64,000 nt of DNA from the NCBI GenBank assembly GCA_038087875.1, contig JAXLNO010000481.1, forward strand, positions 1-64,000, read 5' to 3'. The notes below the pieces were generated by a model. The model saw only the letters and a list, made by a program, of their open reading frames with translations. It had not been told where the DNA came from and did no database searches. Shown in pieces: positions 25,410 through 39,715 of the stretch. The position numbers and the translations under genes are program-made. The stretch is from Malacoraja senta. Lineage: Eukaryota. How positions within the stretch are numbered: the first letter of the stretch is position 1; every line of letters starts with the position of its first letter.

Positions 25410-28289
25410 ATATAACCATATAACCATAACAGCACGGAAACAGGCCATCTCGGCCCTTCAAGTCCGTGCCGAACATTTAAAAAAAAAATTTTTTTTTAAT
25501 TAAAAATAAATACTTCCCCCTAGTCCCATCTACCTGCACTCAGACCATAACCCTCCATTCCTTTCCCGTCCATATACCCATCCAATCTATTTTTAAAGGA
25601 TAACATCGAACCTGCCTCCACCACTTCCACTGGAAGCTCATTCCACACAGCTACCACTCTCTGAGTAAAGAAGTTCCCCCTAATGTTCCCCCTAAACTTC
25701 TGTCCCTTAATTCTCAAGTCATGTCCCCTTGTTTGAATCTTCCCTACTCTCAATGGGAAAAGCTTTTCCACGTCCACTCTGTCTAACCCGCTCATAATTT
25801 TAAAGACCTCTATCAAGTCCCCTCTTAACCTTCTGCGCTCCAAAGAATAAAGACCTAACTTGTTCAACCTTTCTCTGTAACTTAGTTGCTGAAACCCAGG
25901 CAACATTCTAGTAAATCTCCTCTGTACTCTCTCTATTTTGTTGACATCCTTCCTATAATTAGGTGACCAAAATTGTACTCCACACTCCAGAATTGGCCTC
26001 ACCAATGCCTTGTACAATTTTAACATTACATCCCAACTTCTATATTCAATGCTCTGATTTATAAAGGCCAGCACACCAAAAGCTTTCTTTACCACCCTAT
26101 CTACATGAGATTCCACCTTCAGGGAACTATGCACAGTTATTCCTAGATCCCTCTGTTCAACTGCATTCCTCAATTCGCTACCATTTACTGTGTACGTCCT
26201 ATTTTGATTTGTCCTGCCGAGATGTAGCACCTCACATTTGTCAGCATTAAACTCCATCTGCCATCTTTCAGCCCACTCTTCCAAATGGCCTAAATCTCTC
26301 TGTAGACTTTGAAAATCTACTTCATTATCCACAACACCACCTATCTTAGTATCATCTGCATACTTACTAATCCAATTTTCCACACCATCATCCAGATCAT
26401 TGATGTACATGACAAACAACAGTGGACCCAACACAGACCCCTGAGGCACCCCACTAGTCACCGGCCTCCAACCTGACAAACAGCCATCCACCATTACTCT
26501 CTGGCATCTCCCATTCAGCCACTGTTGAATCCATCTTGCTACTCCACCATTAATACCCAACAATTGAATCTTCTTAACCAACCTTCCATGTGGAACCTTG
26601 TCAAAGGCCTTACTGAAGTCCATATAGACAACATCTACTGCTTTACCCTCATCAATTTCCCTAGTAACCTCTTCGAAAAATTCAAGAAGATTAGTCAAGC
26701 ATGACCTTCCAGGCACAAATCCATGTTGACTGTTCCTAATCAGACCCTGCTTATCCAGATGCTTATATATATTATCTTTAAGTATCCTTTCCATTAATTT
26801 GCCCACCACTGACGTCAAACTAACAGGTCTATAATTGCTAGGTTTACTCTTCGAACCCTTTTTAAACAACGGAACAACATGCGCAGTACGCCAATCCTCC
26901 GGCACTATTCCCGTTTCTAATGACATTTGAAATATTTCTGTCATAGCCCCTGCTATTTCTACACTAACTTCCCTCAATGTCCTAGGGAATATCCTGTCAG
27001 AACCTGGAGACTTATCCGTTTTCATATTTTTCAAAAGTGTCCGCACCTCCTCTTCTTTGAATCTCACAGTTTCCATTGCTACTCTGCTCGTTTCCCTTAC
27101 CTCACATAATTCCATATCCTTCTCCTTCGTGAATACCGAAGAAAAGAAATTGTTCAATATCTCCCCCATCTCTTTTGGCTCTGCAGATAGCTGTCCACTC
27201 TGACTCTCTAATGGACTGATTTTATTCCTTGTTATCCTTTTGCTATTAATATAGCTGTAGAAACCCTTTGGATTTACTTTCACCTTACTTGCCAAAGCAA
27301 CCTCATATCTTCTTTTAGCTTTTCTAATTTCTTTCTTAATATTCTTTTTACATTCTTTATACTCCTCAAGCACCTCATTTACTCCATGCTGCCTATAATT
27401 ATTGTAGATCTCTCTCTTTTTCCAAACCAAGTGTCCAATTTCCATTGAAAACCATGGCTCTTTCCATTTTTTACTATTTCCTTTCAACCGAACAGGGACA
27501 TAAAGATTCTGTACTCTTAAAATTTCACCCTTAAATGTCCTCCATTTTTCTTCTACATCCTTCCCATAAAACAACATGTCCCAATTCACTCCTTTTAAAT
27601 CCTTTTGCATCTCTTCAAAGTTAGCCTTTCTCCAAACAAAAATCTCAACCCTAGGTCCAGTTCTGACCCTCTCCATAATGATATTGAAACTAATGGTATT
27701 GTGATCACTGGACCCGATGTGTGTCTATGTGTGGAAAATTGAAATCTCCCACAATCACTACCTTGTGCTTACTACTAATATCTGCTATCTCCTTACATAT
27801 TTGCTCTTCCAATTCTCGCTCCCCATTTGGCGGTCGATAATACACCCCTATAAGTGTTGCTACACCTTTCCCATTTCTCAGTTCCACCCAAATAGCCTCC
27901 CTAGACGAGCCCTCTCATCTATCCTGCCAAAGCACTGCTGTAATATCTTCCTTGACAAGCAATGCAACACCACCACCTCTTGCCCCTCCAATTCTATCAC
28001 CCCTGAAGCAACGAAATCCTGGAATATTTATTTGCCAATCACAGCCCTCCTGCAACCATGTTTCACTGATCGCCACAACAGCATACTTCCAGGTGTCAAT
28101 CCAGGCTCTAATCTCATCCACCTTTCTTACAATGCTCCTAGCATTAAAATATACACATTTAAGAAACCCACCACCACTTATTCTCTGTTTATTATCTTTT
28201 TCTTCTTTCTCCCCTACATTTTGGGTCCGAGTGCTTCCCTTCTCTGCCTCCTGCCTCCCACATTTTCCACTAGCTTTCTCTATTTGAGT
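25410..28289 (-). mobile_element. CR1 LINE of a different subfamily nested in the unit's resident CR1; intact RT half, EN with a stop and an internal deletion
   Basis: 718-aa ORF 25520-27676 ([23 protein letters not shown]); EN motifs NARSI, ISETWL, GDFN; (GGTTATAT)n tail; the host CR1 resumes at 28290. Confidence 0.92.
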
Positions 28290-29391
28290 TCCTCTTGTTA
28301 TAAAGGCCAACATGCCATTCGCTTCCTTCACTGCCTGCTGTACCTGCATGCTTACTTTCATGGACTGATGTACAAGGACTACCAGATCCCGTTGTACTTC
28401 CCCTTTTCCTAACTTGACGCCATTTAGATAGTAATCTGCCTTCCTGTTTTTGCTACCAAAGTGGATAACCTCACATTTATCCGCATTAAACTTCATCTGC
28501 CATGCATCTGCCCACTCCCCCAACCTGTCCAAGCCACCCTGCATTCTCATAGCATCCTCCTCACAGTTCACACTGCCACCCAGCTTTGTGTCATCTGCAA
28601 ATTTGCTAATGTTACTTTGAATCCCTTCATCCAAATCATTGATGTATATTGTAAATAGCTGCGGTCCCAGCACAGAGCCTTGCGGTACCCCACTAGTCAC
28701 TGCCTGCCATTCTGAAAGGGACCCGATAATCCCTACTCTTTGTTTCCTGTCTGCCAACCACTTCTCTATCCATGTCAGCACTCTAACATGTCTGTCTGGA
28801 CCTTGGGGGAAGTATTAAATTGGGGCAAGGTACATTACAGCATTATTAGACTGACACTAGGGAGACTAAAATGGGGGCAGCTTTTATTAGGTAAGCCCAC
28901 ATCTCACGTTGGAGTTTCGCTGGGATATGTCCATGTTCTCCGGAGACGCTGCTTGACCTGCTGAGTTATTCCAGCACTTTGTGTCTTTTGTAAATGTGTA
29001 GAGATGATAAATTTGGTGAAGGTGCAGATGGTGAGGAAGGTTGTCAAAGTATTCAGTGGCATGTAGATTTGCTACAGAAATGGGCAGAGAATGAGCTGAT
29101 GGAGTTCAATCCGAGTAAGTGTGAGGTGTTGCCGTTTGGAAGGCCGTATATAAGGAGAAATGATGGTTAATAGCGAGACCCTTGAGACCATTGATGTACA
29201 GAGGGATTTTGGAGTCCAAGTCCATAACAACCTGAAAGTGCCAATGATAGAAAGGCATATGGTTTGTTGCCTTCATCGGTCAGGGCTTTGAGAATCACAG
29301 GTAGTGGCTGTCAAGGAGTTTTTTGTTTAGGCAAGTGGACATGCAATGAATGGAGGGATATGGATTAGGTGCAGGCAGAGGAGATATGTTT

Positions 29392-30490
29392 TATTTATTA
29401 TTATTATTATTTTTTTTTTAATTTTTATTTATTAGAAGTACATTACATTACAACCACATACATTAATACTCGTCATTTATATCTTCTTACAATTAATGTA
29501 CTCCCTTTATTTATTTTTTTACACTAAAAAAGGAAAAGATTGAAAGAAAGAAGAAAGTGAAGGAAAAAGTGAAAGTGTAGAAAAGTGTAGAAAATGTAAC
29601 AACAAAAAAGGACGAAGACCCTATAAGAGCGAAATTAAAAACAAAAGAAAAAGAGTTAAGAAATAGGCCCTAGGAAAGAAAAGAGAAAGAGAGAGAGGAA
29701 AAAAAAAGAAAAAAATATATTTTTTTGAGCATTACGTAAATAGGACATACCAACTCTTCAACTATCATCCCCCCTTACCTGACCTCAATTTTTTATTTTT
29801 TTAAAAGTACTTTTGCACCCTATGTTTGTAATAATTCTATAAATGCAGACCACGTCAGGTGGAAGTGATCTGGTTTACCTGCTAGGAGGAGTCTTATCTC
29901 TTCTAGGTGTAATGTTTCAAACATATTTGAAATCCACATATTTATAGTTGGTATTGGAGCCTTCTTCCAAAATTTTAGAATTAGCTTTTTTCCAGTTATT
30001 AACCCATAGTCCATTAATTTCTTTTGAAACACATTTAGTTCTGGATCATCTTCCGTTATTCCGAAGATAATCCATTCTGCTTTGGGTATCAGTCTTGTTT
30101 TAAATAACTTTGTAAAGATTTCAAAAATTTCATTCCAAACTTTTTGAATTTTTGTACAGAAGACGAATGAGTGCGCTATAGTTGCTTCTTGGGATTGACA
30201 TTTATCACAAATAGATGATACGTTTGGGAAAATTTTATGAATTTTAGTTTTCGAACAATATAATCTATGTAAAATTTTAAATTGTATTAAAGTGTGTCTT
30301 ACATTAATCGAGCATTTATGCACGTTTAATAAGTATTCATTCCAACTTTCCTTTGAAATTTTAATAGCTAACTTGTTCCCAGTCTCTTCTGATACCCTCC
30401 GTAGGTGGTATTTGTACATTTAAAATAATATTATACAAATATGATATTAAGTTTGCTGATTCCGCTTTTATCTGCATTGCCTCGTCCAAT
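29392..30490 (-). mobile_element. 5'-truncated L1-clade LINE (ORF2 C-terminus + 3' UTR)
   Basis: ORF 29820-30419 with CxxC..H..C zinc-knuckle region (ICDKCQ..HSFVFC); A/TAA-rich tail; 15-bp TSD AGAGGAGATATGTTT (29377-29391, 30491-30505). Confidence 0.92.
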
Positions 30491-30584
30491 AGAGGAGATA
30501 TGTTTAACGGCATTATCTGCGGCACGGATATTGTGGGACAATGGGCTTGTTCCTGTGCTGTGCTGTTCTACCCACCACTGATAC

Positions 30585-30680
30585 CTGAGCTTGCTGACCC
30601 TGCTGGGTCACTGGTTGAACCCTGACCAGAGTCTCTACTCGTTGCTCCATGGGGTTCCTGAGTTGTGCCCAACGGTGGAT
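30585..30680 (-). CDS. Exon B3 (96 nt): DPPLGTTQEPHGATSRDSGQGSTSDPAGSASS
   Basis: Conserved AG/GT, open frame. Confidence 0.82.
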
Positions 30681-31798
30681 CTGGAAGAAGAGAATGGAGG
30701 TGGGATAGGGAGGGTGAGAGATGAAAACATAATGATCAGCTGATCAGGTGGGAAATCGGCTGCAGAGACAAAGAGTCCGTGCTAACACCAAAACATACCA
30801 AGGGTCACAGGTCACACGTTTCACCTTCAACATTACAAACTCCTCGAACACGGTCTATGCCTCACTCCCTTGTAAAGCCATGTTTTTGTAGAAAACTCTC
30901 ACACTCTCTCTCTGTAACTCTCTCTCTCTCTGACTCTCTCTAACTCTCTCTAACTCTCTCTAACTCTCTCTAATTCTCTCTCTGACTCTCTCTCTCTGAC
31001 TCCAGCATTCAGACCCTGCCCCTATGGGTCAGTCTGTCTACAAAATACATTATCCTCAAGCTCCCCACTTATTTCCACTTCATCCTCAATCTCATGTCCA
31101 TAAATTCATGTCATGGAACAGAATGAGGCAATTCGGCCCATCGACTATTCATGGCTGATATATCGTTCCCAATCAACCCTATTCTCCTGCCTTCTCCTCT
31201 AAACCTTTGACCAACTTCTGTAAATTTCCACTTTAAAAATACCATCATCTTGGAGATACCAATGTCCTCAGCCTTTGTGGCAATGAATTCGACAGATTCA
31301 CCACCCTCTGGCTCAATAAATCCTCCTCAGCTTCTTTCTAAAGGTATGTCTCTTTACTCTGAGGCTGTGCCCACTGGTCCTATACTCTTTCAATACTGGA
31401 AACATCCTCTCCACATCCACTCTATCTAGACCTCTCATTATAGGGTAAGTTTCCATGTGATCTCCCCCTCATCTTTCTAAACTCCAGTGAGTACAGGCCC
31501 GATCTCCAGTCACCCATTCCCTCCTTAACGGCCGTTTATTTCTCCTACACTTACTGGTTTCATACATTTCTACTTGTCCTTTCTCCTCCTTTCTCCATGA
31601 CTCTCCGCCCCTCACTCTGAATCTCTACCCTCTCCGCAACGCTCCAACTCCACTCTCCCTGGGGTATTCTCCTCCCCCCCACTCCAGTCCCCCTCCTCCC
31701 CCACTCTACACTCTCTGCTCCTCAACTCCAGACCCTCTCTTCTCATGTTCTCCTCCCTAACCCATCCCCTACTGCTCCAATGATCCCTCCATCGATAC

Positions 31799-31891
31799 CT
31801 GAGCTTGAATCTTGTTCTGGGACGGTGGACAAATCCTCCTGGGGTTGGGCTGTTGTTTCCTGTGGTTCCCCAGTTGGTACGGAGTGTGGAT
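31799..31891 (-). CDS. Exon A6 (93 nt): DPHSVPTGEPQETTAQPQEDLSTVPEQDSSS
   Basis: Conserved AG/GT, open frame. Confidence 0.8.
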
Positions 31892-33826
31892 CTGTAATAA
31901 AGTGTGGACAGACAGTGGGTGTAGTGGGGAAATAATCCAGCAGCTCTGAAGTGCACGGAAATGAGCCTTGTCTGGTGTTTCAGTGGAGGAGCATTTTGTG
32001 AACAATGATCACAGTTTTAAGACAGTTATGAATACACAATGGACAATAGACAATAGGTGCAGGGGTAGGCCATTTGGCCCTTTGAGCCAGCACCACCATT
32101 CAATGTGATCATGGCTGATCATCCCCAATCAGTAGCCCGTTCCTGCTTTCTCCCCATATCCCCTGACTCCGCTATCTTTAAGAGCCCTATTGAAAGCATC
32201 CAGAGAACCTGCCTCCACCGCCCTCTGAGGCAGTGAATTCCACAGACTCACCCACTCTCTGTGAGAAAATGTGTTTCCTCGTCTCCATTCTAAATGGCTT
32301 ACTCCTTATTCTTAAACTATGTCCCCTGGTTCTGAACTCCCCCAACATCGGGAACATGTTTCCTGCCTCTAGCGTGTCCAAACCATTAACAATCTTATAT
32401 GTTTCAATAAGATAACCTCTCATCCTTCTAAACTCCAGAGTGTACAAGCCCAGCTGCTCCATTCTCTCAGCATATGACAGTCCCGCCATCCCGGGAATTA
32501 ACCTTGTAAACCTACGCTGCACTCCCTCAATAGCAAGAATGTCCTTCCTCAAATTAGGGGACCAAAACTGCACACAATACTCCAGGTGTGGTCTCACTAG
32601 GGCTCTGTACAACTGTAGAAGGACCTCTTTGTTCCTATATTCGATCCCTCTTGTTATAAAGGCCAACATGCCATTCGCTTCCTTCACTGCCTGCTGTACC
32701 TGCATGCTTACCTTCATAGACTGATGTACAAGGACCCCCAGATCCCGTTGTACTTCCCCTTTTCCCAACTTGACGCCATTTAGATAGTAATCTGCCTTCC
32801 TGTTTTTGCTACCAAAGTGGATAACCTCACATTTATCCGCATTAAACTTCATCTGCCATGCATCTGCCCACTCCCCCAACCTGTCCAAGCCACCCTGCAT
32901 TCACATAGCATCCTCCTCACAGTTCACACTGCCACCCAGCTTTGTGTCATCTGCAAATTTGCTAATGTTACTTTGAATCCCTTCATCCAAATCATTGATG
33001 TATATTGTAAATAGCTGCGGTCCCAGCACACAGCCTTGCGGTACCCCACTAGTCACTGCCTGCCATTCTGAAAGGGACCCGATAATCCCTACTCTTTGTT
33101 TCCTGTCTGCCAACCACTTCTCTATCCATGTCAGCACTCTAACATGTCTGTCTGGACCTTGGGGGAAGTATTAAATTGGGGCAAGGTACATTACAGCATT
33201 ATTAGACTGACACTAGGGAGACTAAAATGGGGGCAGCTTTTATTAGGTAAGCCCACATCTGACGTTGGAGTTTCGCTGGGATATGTCCATGTTCTCCGGA
33301 GATGCTGCTTGACCTGCTGAGTTAGTCCAGCACATTGTGTCTTTTGTAAATGTGTAGAGATGATAAATTTGGTGAAGGTGCAGATGGTGAGGAAGGTTGT
33401 CAAAGTATTCAGTGGCATGTAGATTTGCTACCGAAATGGGCAGAGAATGAGCAGATGGAGTTCAATCCGAGTAAGTGTGAGGTGTTGCCGTTTGGAAGGC
33501 TGGATATAAGGAGAAATGATGGTTAATAGCGAGACCCTTGAGACCATTGATGTACAGAGGGATTTTGGAGTCCAAGTCCATAACAACCTGAAAGTGGCAA
33601 TGATAGAAAGGCATATGGTTTGTTGCCTTCATCGGTCAGGGCTTTGAGAATCACAGGTAGTGGCTGTCAAGGAGTTTTTTGTTTAGGCAAGTGGACATGC
33701 AATGAATGGAGGGATATGGATTAGGTGCAGGCAGAGGAGATATGTTTAACGGAATTATCTGCGGCACGGATATTGTGGGACAATGGGCTTGTTCCTGTGC
33801 TGTGCTGTTCTCCCCACCACTGATAC

Positions 33827-33922
33827 CTGAGCTTGCTGACCCTGCTGGGTCACTGGTCGAACCCTGACCAGAGTCTCTACTCGTTGCTCCCTGGGGTTCC
33901 TGAGTTGTGCCCAACGGTGGAT
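33827..33922 (-). CDS. Exon B4 (96 nt): DPPLGTTQEPQGATSRDSGQGSTSDPAGSASS
   Basis: Conserved AG/GT, open frame. Confidence 0.82.
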
Positions 33923-35318
33923 CTGGAAGAAGAGAATGGAGGTGGGATAGGGAGGGTGAGAGATGAAAACATAATGATCAGCTGATCAGGTGGGAAGTCG
34001 GCTGCAGAGACAAAGAGTCCGTGCTAACACCACAACATACCAAGGGTCACAGGTCACACGTTTCACCTTCAACATTACAAACTCCTCGAACACGGTCTAT
34101 GCCTCACTCCCTTGTAAAGCCATGCTTTTGTAGAGAACTCTCACTCTCTCTCTGACTCTCTCTCTCTGACTCTCTCTCTGGAACTCTCTCTCTGACACTC
34201 TCTAACTCTCTCTCTGACTCTCTCTCTCTGACTCTCACACTCTCTCTCTGACTCTCTCTCTCTGACTCTCTCTCTGGAACTCTCTCTCTGACACTCTCTA
34301 ACTCTCTCTCTGACTCTCTCTCTCTGACTCTCACACTCTCTCTCTGACTCTCTCTCTCTGACTCTCTCTCTCTCACTCTCACACTCTCTCTCTGACTCTC
34401 TCTCTCTGACTCTCTCTCTCTCTGACTCTCACACTCTCTCTCTGACTCTCTCTCCCTGACTCTCTCTCTCTCTATCTCTCTGACTCTCTCTCTAATTCTC
34501 TCTCTGACTCTCTCTCTGACTCCAGCATTCAGCCCCTGCCCCTATGGGTCAGTCTGTCTACAAAATACATTCTCCTCAAGCTCCCCACTTATTTCCACTT
34601 CATCCTCAATCTCATGTCCATAAATTCATGTCATGGAACAGAATGAGGCAATTCGGCCCATCGACTATTCATGGCTGATATATCGTTCCCAATCAACCCT
34701 ATTCTCCTGCCTTCTCCTCTAAACCTTTGACCAACTTCTGTAAATCTCCACTTTAAAAATACCATCATCTTGGACATACCAATGTCCTCAGCCTTTGTGG
34801 CAATGAATTTGACAGATTCACCACCCTCTGGCTCAATAAATCCTCCTCAGCTTCTTTCTAAAGGTATGTCTCTTTATTCTGAGGTTGTGCCCACTGGTCT
34901 CATACTCTTTCAATACTGGAAACTTCCTCTCCACATCCACTCTATCTAGGCCTCTCATTATCGGGTAAGTTTCCATGTGATCACCCCCTCATCTTTCTAA
35001 ACTCCAGTGATTACAGGCCCGATCTCCAGTCACCCATTCCCTCCTTAACGGACGTTTATTTCTCCTACACTTACTGGTTTCATACATTTCTACTTGTCCT
35101 TTCTCCTCCTCTCTCCATGACTCTCCGCCCCTCACTCTGAATCTCTACCCTCTCCGCAACGCTCCAACTCCACTCTCCCTGGGGTATTCTCCTCCCCCTC
35201 ACTCCAGTCCCCCTCCTCCCCCACTCTACACTCTCTGCTCCTCCACTCCAGACCCTCTCTTCTCATGTTCTCCTCCCTAACCCACCCCCCACTGCTCCAA
35301 TGATCCCTCCATCGATAC

Positions 35319-35411
35319 CTGAGCTTGAATCTTGTTCTGGGACGGTGGACAAATCCTCCTGGGGTTGGGCTGTTGTTTCCTGGGGTTCCCCAGTTGGTAC
35401 GGAGTGTGGAT
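35319..35411 (-). CDS. Exon A7 (93 nt): DPHSVPTGEPQETTAQPQEDLSTVPEQDSSS
   Basis: Conserved AG/GT, open frame. Confidence 0.8.
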
Positions 35412-37341
35412 CTGTAATAAAGTGTGGACAGACAGTGGGTGTAGTGGGGAAATAATCCAGCAGCTCTGAAGAGCACGGAAATGAGCCTTGTCTGGTGTTT
35501 CAGTGGGAGAGCATTTTGTGAACAATGATCACAGTTTTAAGAGAGTTATGAATACACATTGGACAATAGACAATAGGTGCAGGAGTAGGCCGTTTGGCCC
35601 TTTGAGCCAGCACCGCCATTCAATGTGATCATGGCTGATCATCCCCAATCAGTACCCCGTTCCTGCTTTCTCCCCATATCCCCTGACTCTGCTATTTTTA
35701 AGAGCCCTATTGAAAGCATCCAGAGAACCTGCCTCCACCGCCCTCTGAGGCAGTGAATTCCACAGACTCACCCACTCTATGTGAGAAAAAGTGTTTCCTC
35801 GTCTCCGTTCTAAATGGCTTACTCCTTATTCTTAAACTGTGTCCCCTGGTTCTGGACTCCCCCAACATCGGGAACATGTTTCCTGCCTCTAGCGTGTCCA
35901 AACCCTTAACAATTTTATATGTTTCAATGAGATACCCTCTCATCCTTCTAAACTCCAGAGTATACAAGCCCAGCTGCTCCATTCTCTCAGCATATGACAG
36001 TCCCGCCATCCCGGGAATTAACCTTGTAAACCTACGCTGCACTCCCTCAATAGCAAGAATGTCCTTCCTCAAATTAGGGGACCAAAACTGCACACAATAC
36101 TCCAGGTGTGGTCTCACTAGAGCTCTGTACAACTGCAGAAGGACCTCTTTGCTCCTATATTCGATCCCTCTTGTTATAAAGGCCAACATGCCATTCGCTT
36201 TCTTCACTGCCTGCTGTACCTGCATGCTTACTTTCATAGACTGATGTACAAGGACCCCCAGATCCCGTTGTACTTCCCCTTTTCCCAACTTGATGCCATT
36301 TAGATAGTAATCTGTCTTCCTGTTGTTGCTACCAAAGTGGATAACCTCACATTTATCCACATTAAACTGCATCTGCCATGCATCGGCCCACTCCCCCAAC
36401 CTGTCAACCCTGCATTCTCATAGCATCCTCCTCACAGTACACACTGCCACCCAGCTTTGTGTAATCTGCAAATTTGCTAATGTTACTTTGAATCCCTTCA
36501 TCCAAATCATTGATGTATATTGTAAATAGCTGCGGTCCCAGCACAGAGCCTTGCGGTACCCCACTAGTCACTGCCTGCCATTCCGAAAGGGACCCGATAA
36601 TCCCCACTCTTTGTTTCCTGTCTGCCAACCACTTCTCTATCCATGTCAGCACTCTAACATGTCTGTCTGGACCTTGGGGAAAGTATTAAATTGGGGCAAG
36701 GTACATTACAGCATTATTAGACTGACACTAGGGAGACTAAAATGGGGGCAGCTTTTATTAGGTAAGCCCACATCTGACGTTGGAGTTTCGCTGGGATATG
36801 TCCGTGTTCTCCGGAGATGCTGCTTGACCTGCTGAGTTAGTCCAGCACTTTGTGTCTTTTGTAAATGTGTAGAGATGATAAATTTGGTGAAGGTGCAGAT
36901 GGTGAGGAAGGTTGTCAAAGTATTCAGTGGCATGTAGATTTGCTACAGAAATGGGCAGAGAATGAGCAGATGGAGTTTAATCCGAGTAAGTGTGAGGTGT
37001 TGCCGTTTGGAAGGCCGTATATAAGGAGAAATGATGGTTAATAGCGAGACCCTTGAGACCATTGATGTACAGAGGGATTTTGGAGTCCAAGTCCATAACA
37101 ACCTGAAAGTGCCAATGATAGAAAGGCATATGGTTTGTTGCCTTCATCGGTCAGGGCTTTGAGAATCACAGGTAGTGGCTGTCAAGGAGTTTTTTGTTTA
37201 GACAAGTGGACATGCAATGAATGGAGGGATATGGATTAGGTGCAGGCAGAGGAGATATGTTTAACGGCATTATCTGCGGCACGGATATTGTGGGACAATG
37301 GGCTTGTTCCTGTGCTGTGCTGTTCTCCCCACCACTGATAC

Positions 37342-37437
37342 CTGAGCTTGCTGACCCTGCTGGGTCACTGGTCGAACCCTGACCAGAGTCTCTACTCGTT
37401 GCTCCCTGGGGTTCCTGAGTTGTGCCCAACGGTGGAT
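37342..37437 (-). CDS. Exon B5 (96 nt), same peptide as B4
   Basis: Conserved AG/GT, open frame. Confidence 0.82.
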
Positions 37438-38774
37438 CTGGAAGAAGAGAATGGAGGTGGGATAGGGAGGGTGAGAGATGAAAACATAATGATCAGCTGA
37501 TCAGGTGGGAAGTCGGCTGCAGAGACAAAGAGTCCTTGCTAACACCACAACATACCAAGGGTCACAGGTCACACGTTTCACCTTCAACATTACAAACTCC
37601 TCGAACACGGTCTATGCCTCACTCCCTTGTAAAGCCATGCTTTTGTAGAGTACTCTCACACTCTCTCTCTGACTCTCTCTCTCTCTCTCTCTGACTCTCT
37701 CTCTCTGACTCTCTCTCTCTGGAACTCTCTCTCTCTCTCTGACTCTCTCTAACTCTCTCTCTCTCTAACTCTCTCTAATTCTCTCTCTGACTCTCTCTGA
37801 CTCTCTCTCTGACTCCAGCATTCAGCCCCTGCCCCTATGGGTCAGTCTGTCTACAAAATACATTATCCTCAAGCTCCCCACTTATTTCCACTTCATCCTC
37901 AATCTCATGTCCATAAATTCATGTCATGGAACAGAATGAGGCAATTCGGCCCATCGACTATTCATGGCTGATATATCGTTCCCAATCAACCCTATTCTCC
38001 TGCCTTCTCCTCTAAACCTTTGACCAACTTCTGTAAATCTCCACTTTAAAAATACCATCATCTTGGACATACCAATGTCCTCAGCCTTTGTGGCAATGAA
38101 TTTGACAGATTCACCACCCTCTGGCTCAATAAATCCTCCTCAGCTTCTTTCTAAAGGTATGTCTCTTTATTCTGAGGTTGTGCCCACTGGTCTCATACTC
38201 TTTCAATACTGGAAACTTCCTCTCCACATCCACTCTATCTAGGCCTCTCATTATCGGGTAAGTTTCCATGTGATCACCCCCTCATCTTTCTAAACTCCAG
38301 TGATTACAGGCCCGATCTCCAGTCACCCATTCCCTCCTTTTTTTTTTTTTTTCTCTTTTTTTTTCTCTTTTTTTTTTTTTTTTAATAATTTTTTTAATAG
38401 AAGTACGGTAGATTACAGTAATGTACAACACGTATATATTAATACATTTTTTGTACCGCTTCACTTTTTTAAACTTTAAGAAAGAAAAAGAAAGAAGTAA
38501 GAAAAGTGAAGAAAGTGCGCAAAGGTTGTGAAGTGCAAAAGAGTGTTGGGAAAAGAAAGCCCCTTAGAAAAGAAGTTAGAGAAGGAAGTAAAGTTAGAAA
38601 ATAGACCCTAGAAAAGAAAGAGAAAGAAAGAAGGAACAATCGCTCTATTATAACTCTTATAACATACTTCATAGAGAAGGAACTACCAACCAAGTCTGTT
38701 TTTGTTTTACCTCCCATTACCAGGTCCAGATACCTTTTATTTATTTATTTGTTTTTCTAAATTACTATTGCACC

Positions 38775-39524
38775 TCATGCTTGTAATAGGTCCAAAAACG
38801 TAGACCACGTCTTTTGAAATTGGTCTACTTTGCCTACTAGGAGGAATCTCATCTCTTCCAGATGTAATGTTTCCAACATATTTGATGTCCACATTTTTAT
38901 TGTTGGTGTGGGCGCATTTTTCCAGAATTTAAGTATAAGCTTTTTTCCCATTATTAGCCCATAATTGAGTAAATTCTTCTGATACACGTTTAATTCAGGA
39001 ATACCTTCCGATATTCCAAAAATAATCCATTCTGGTTTTGGTACCAGTTTTATTTTGATTAATTTTGAAAAAATATCAAATATTTCAAACCAGAATTTTT
39101 GGATTTTTGTACAAAAAACAAAAGAATGTGCTATGGTAGCTTCTTGACATATACATTTATCACAGATTGGTGAGACGTTAGGAAAGATTTTATTTAGTTT
39201 GGTTTTTGAATAATATAATCTATGTAATGTTTTAAATTGGATAAGCGTATGTCGTACGTTGATCGAGCATTTATGCACCTGTAATAAATGATTATCCCAA
39301 CTCTCTTTTGAAATTTTTATACCTAGATCTTGTTCCCAATCTCTTCTAATTCCATCTGTTGTGGGTATTTCTATATTTAAGATGATATTATATAAGTATG
39401 ATATTAAATTAACTGATTCCGCCTTTGTCTTCATTGCTTCATCTAGTAAGTCGGAAGGCATATTATAATAATCTTTTGTGTGTGTTTTCAAATAGTCACA
39501 GATTTGTAGATATTTAAAATATTG
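38775..39524 (-). CDS. L1 ORF2 C-terminal ~249 aa (cysteine-rich domain), separated by the inversion
   Basis: QYFKYLQI..ICDKCICQEATIAHSFVFC..; continues the ORF2 that breaks at ..YNLKNN. Confidence 0.9.
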   Translation of the reverse strand, partial: QYFKYLQICDYLKTHTKDYYNMPSDLLDEAMKTKAESVNLISYLYNIILNIEIPTTDGIRRDWEQDLGIKISKESWDNHLLQVHKCSINVRHTLIQFKTLHRLYYSKTKLNKIFPNVSPICDKCICQEATIAHSFVFCTKIQKFWFEIFDIFSKLIKIKLVPKPEWIIFGISEGIPELNVYQKNLLNYGLIMGKKLILKFWKNAPTPTIKMWTSNMLETLHLEEMRFLLVGKVDQFQKTWSTFLDLLQA

Positions 39525-39715
39525 ACTTCCGGTGGCGACATGCTTTGCTAGCAGTCGCAAACTTTTTAGCTCCGCTGAAAAAATCGCGTTTTTTCGCGTT
39601 AAAATCGGGTCTGGAGGTCGGGACCGTTTTTAAAAACTTACCGGAGCTTCATGTCGCGGTGCTGATGACGTCATCAGTAAGCGCCGCGATTTTAACGGAG
39701 GGAAAGTCATTTTAA
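39524..39715 (+). promoter_or_regulatory. L1 5' UTR / internal promoter
   Basis: CpG-rich; starts GACTTCCGG (ETS-like); 16-bp perfect palindrome CTGATGACGTCATCAG containing a CRE at 39662-39677. Confidence 0.55.

Noticed and set aside
27915..28781. 288-aa ORF with RT motifs preceding EN motifs
   Set aside because: Chance in-frame fusion at the junction (~28289) of a nested CR1 with its host CR1
34104..34382. RE/SE-repeat ORFs (also 51146-51536)
   Set aside because: Translations of the CT/GA microsatellite
38775..39560. 261-aa ORF as an independent gene
   Set aside because: C-terminus of L1 ORF2; the first 12 residues are antisense 5' UTR across the inversion junction, with a non-ATG start
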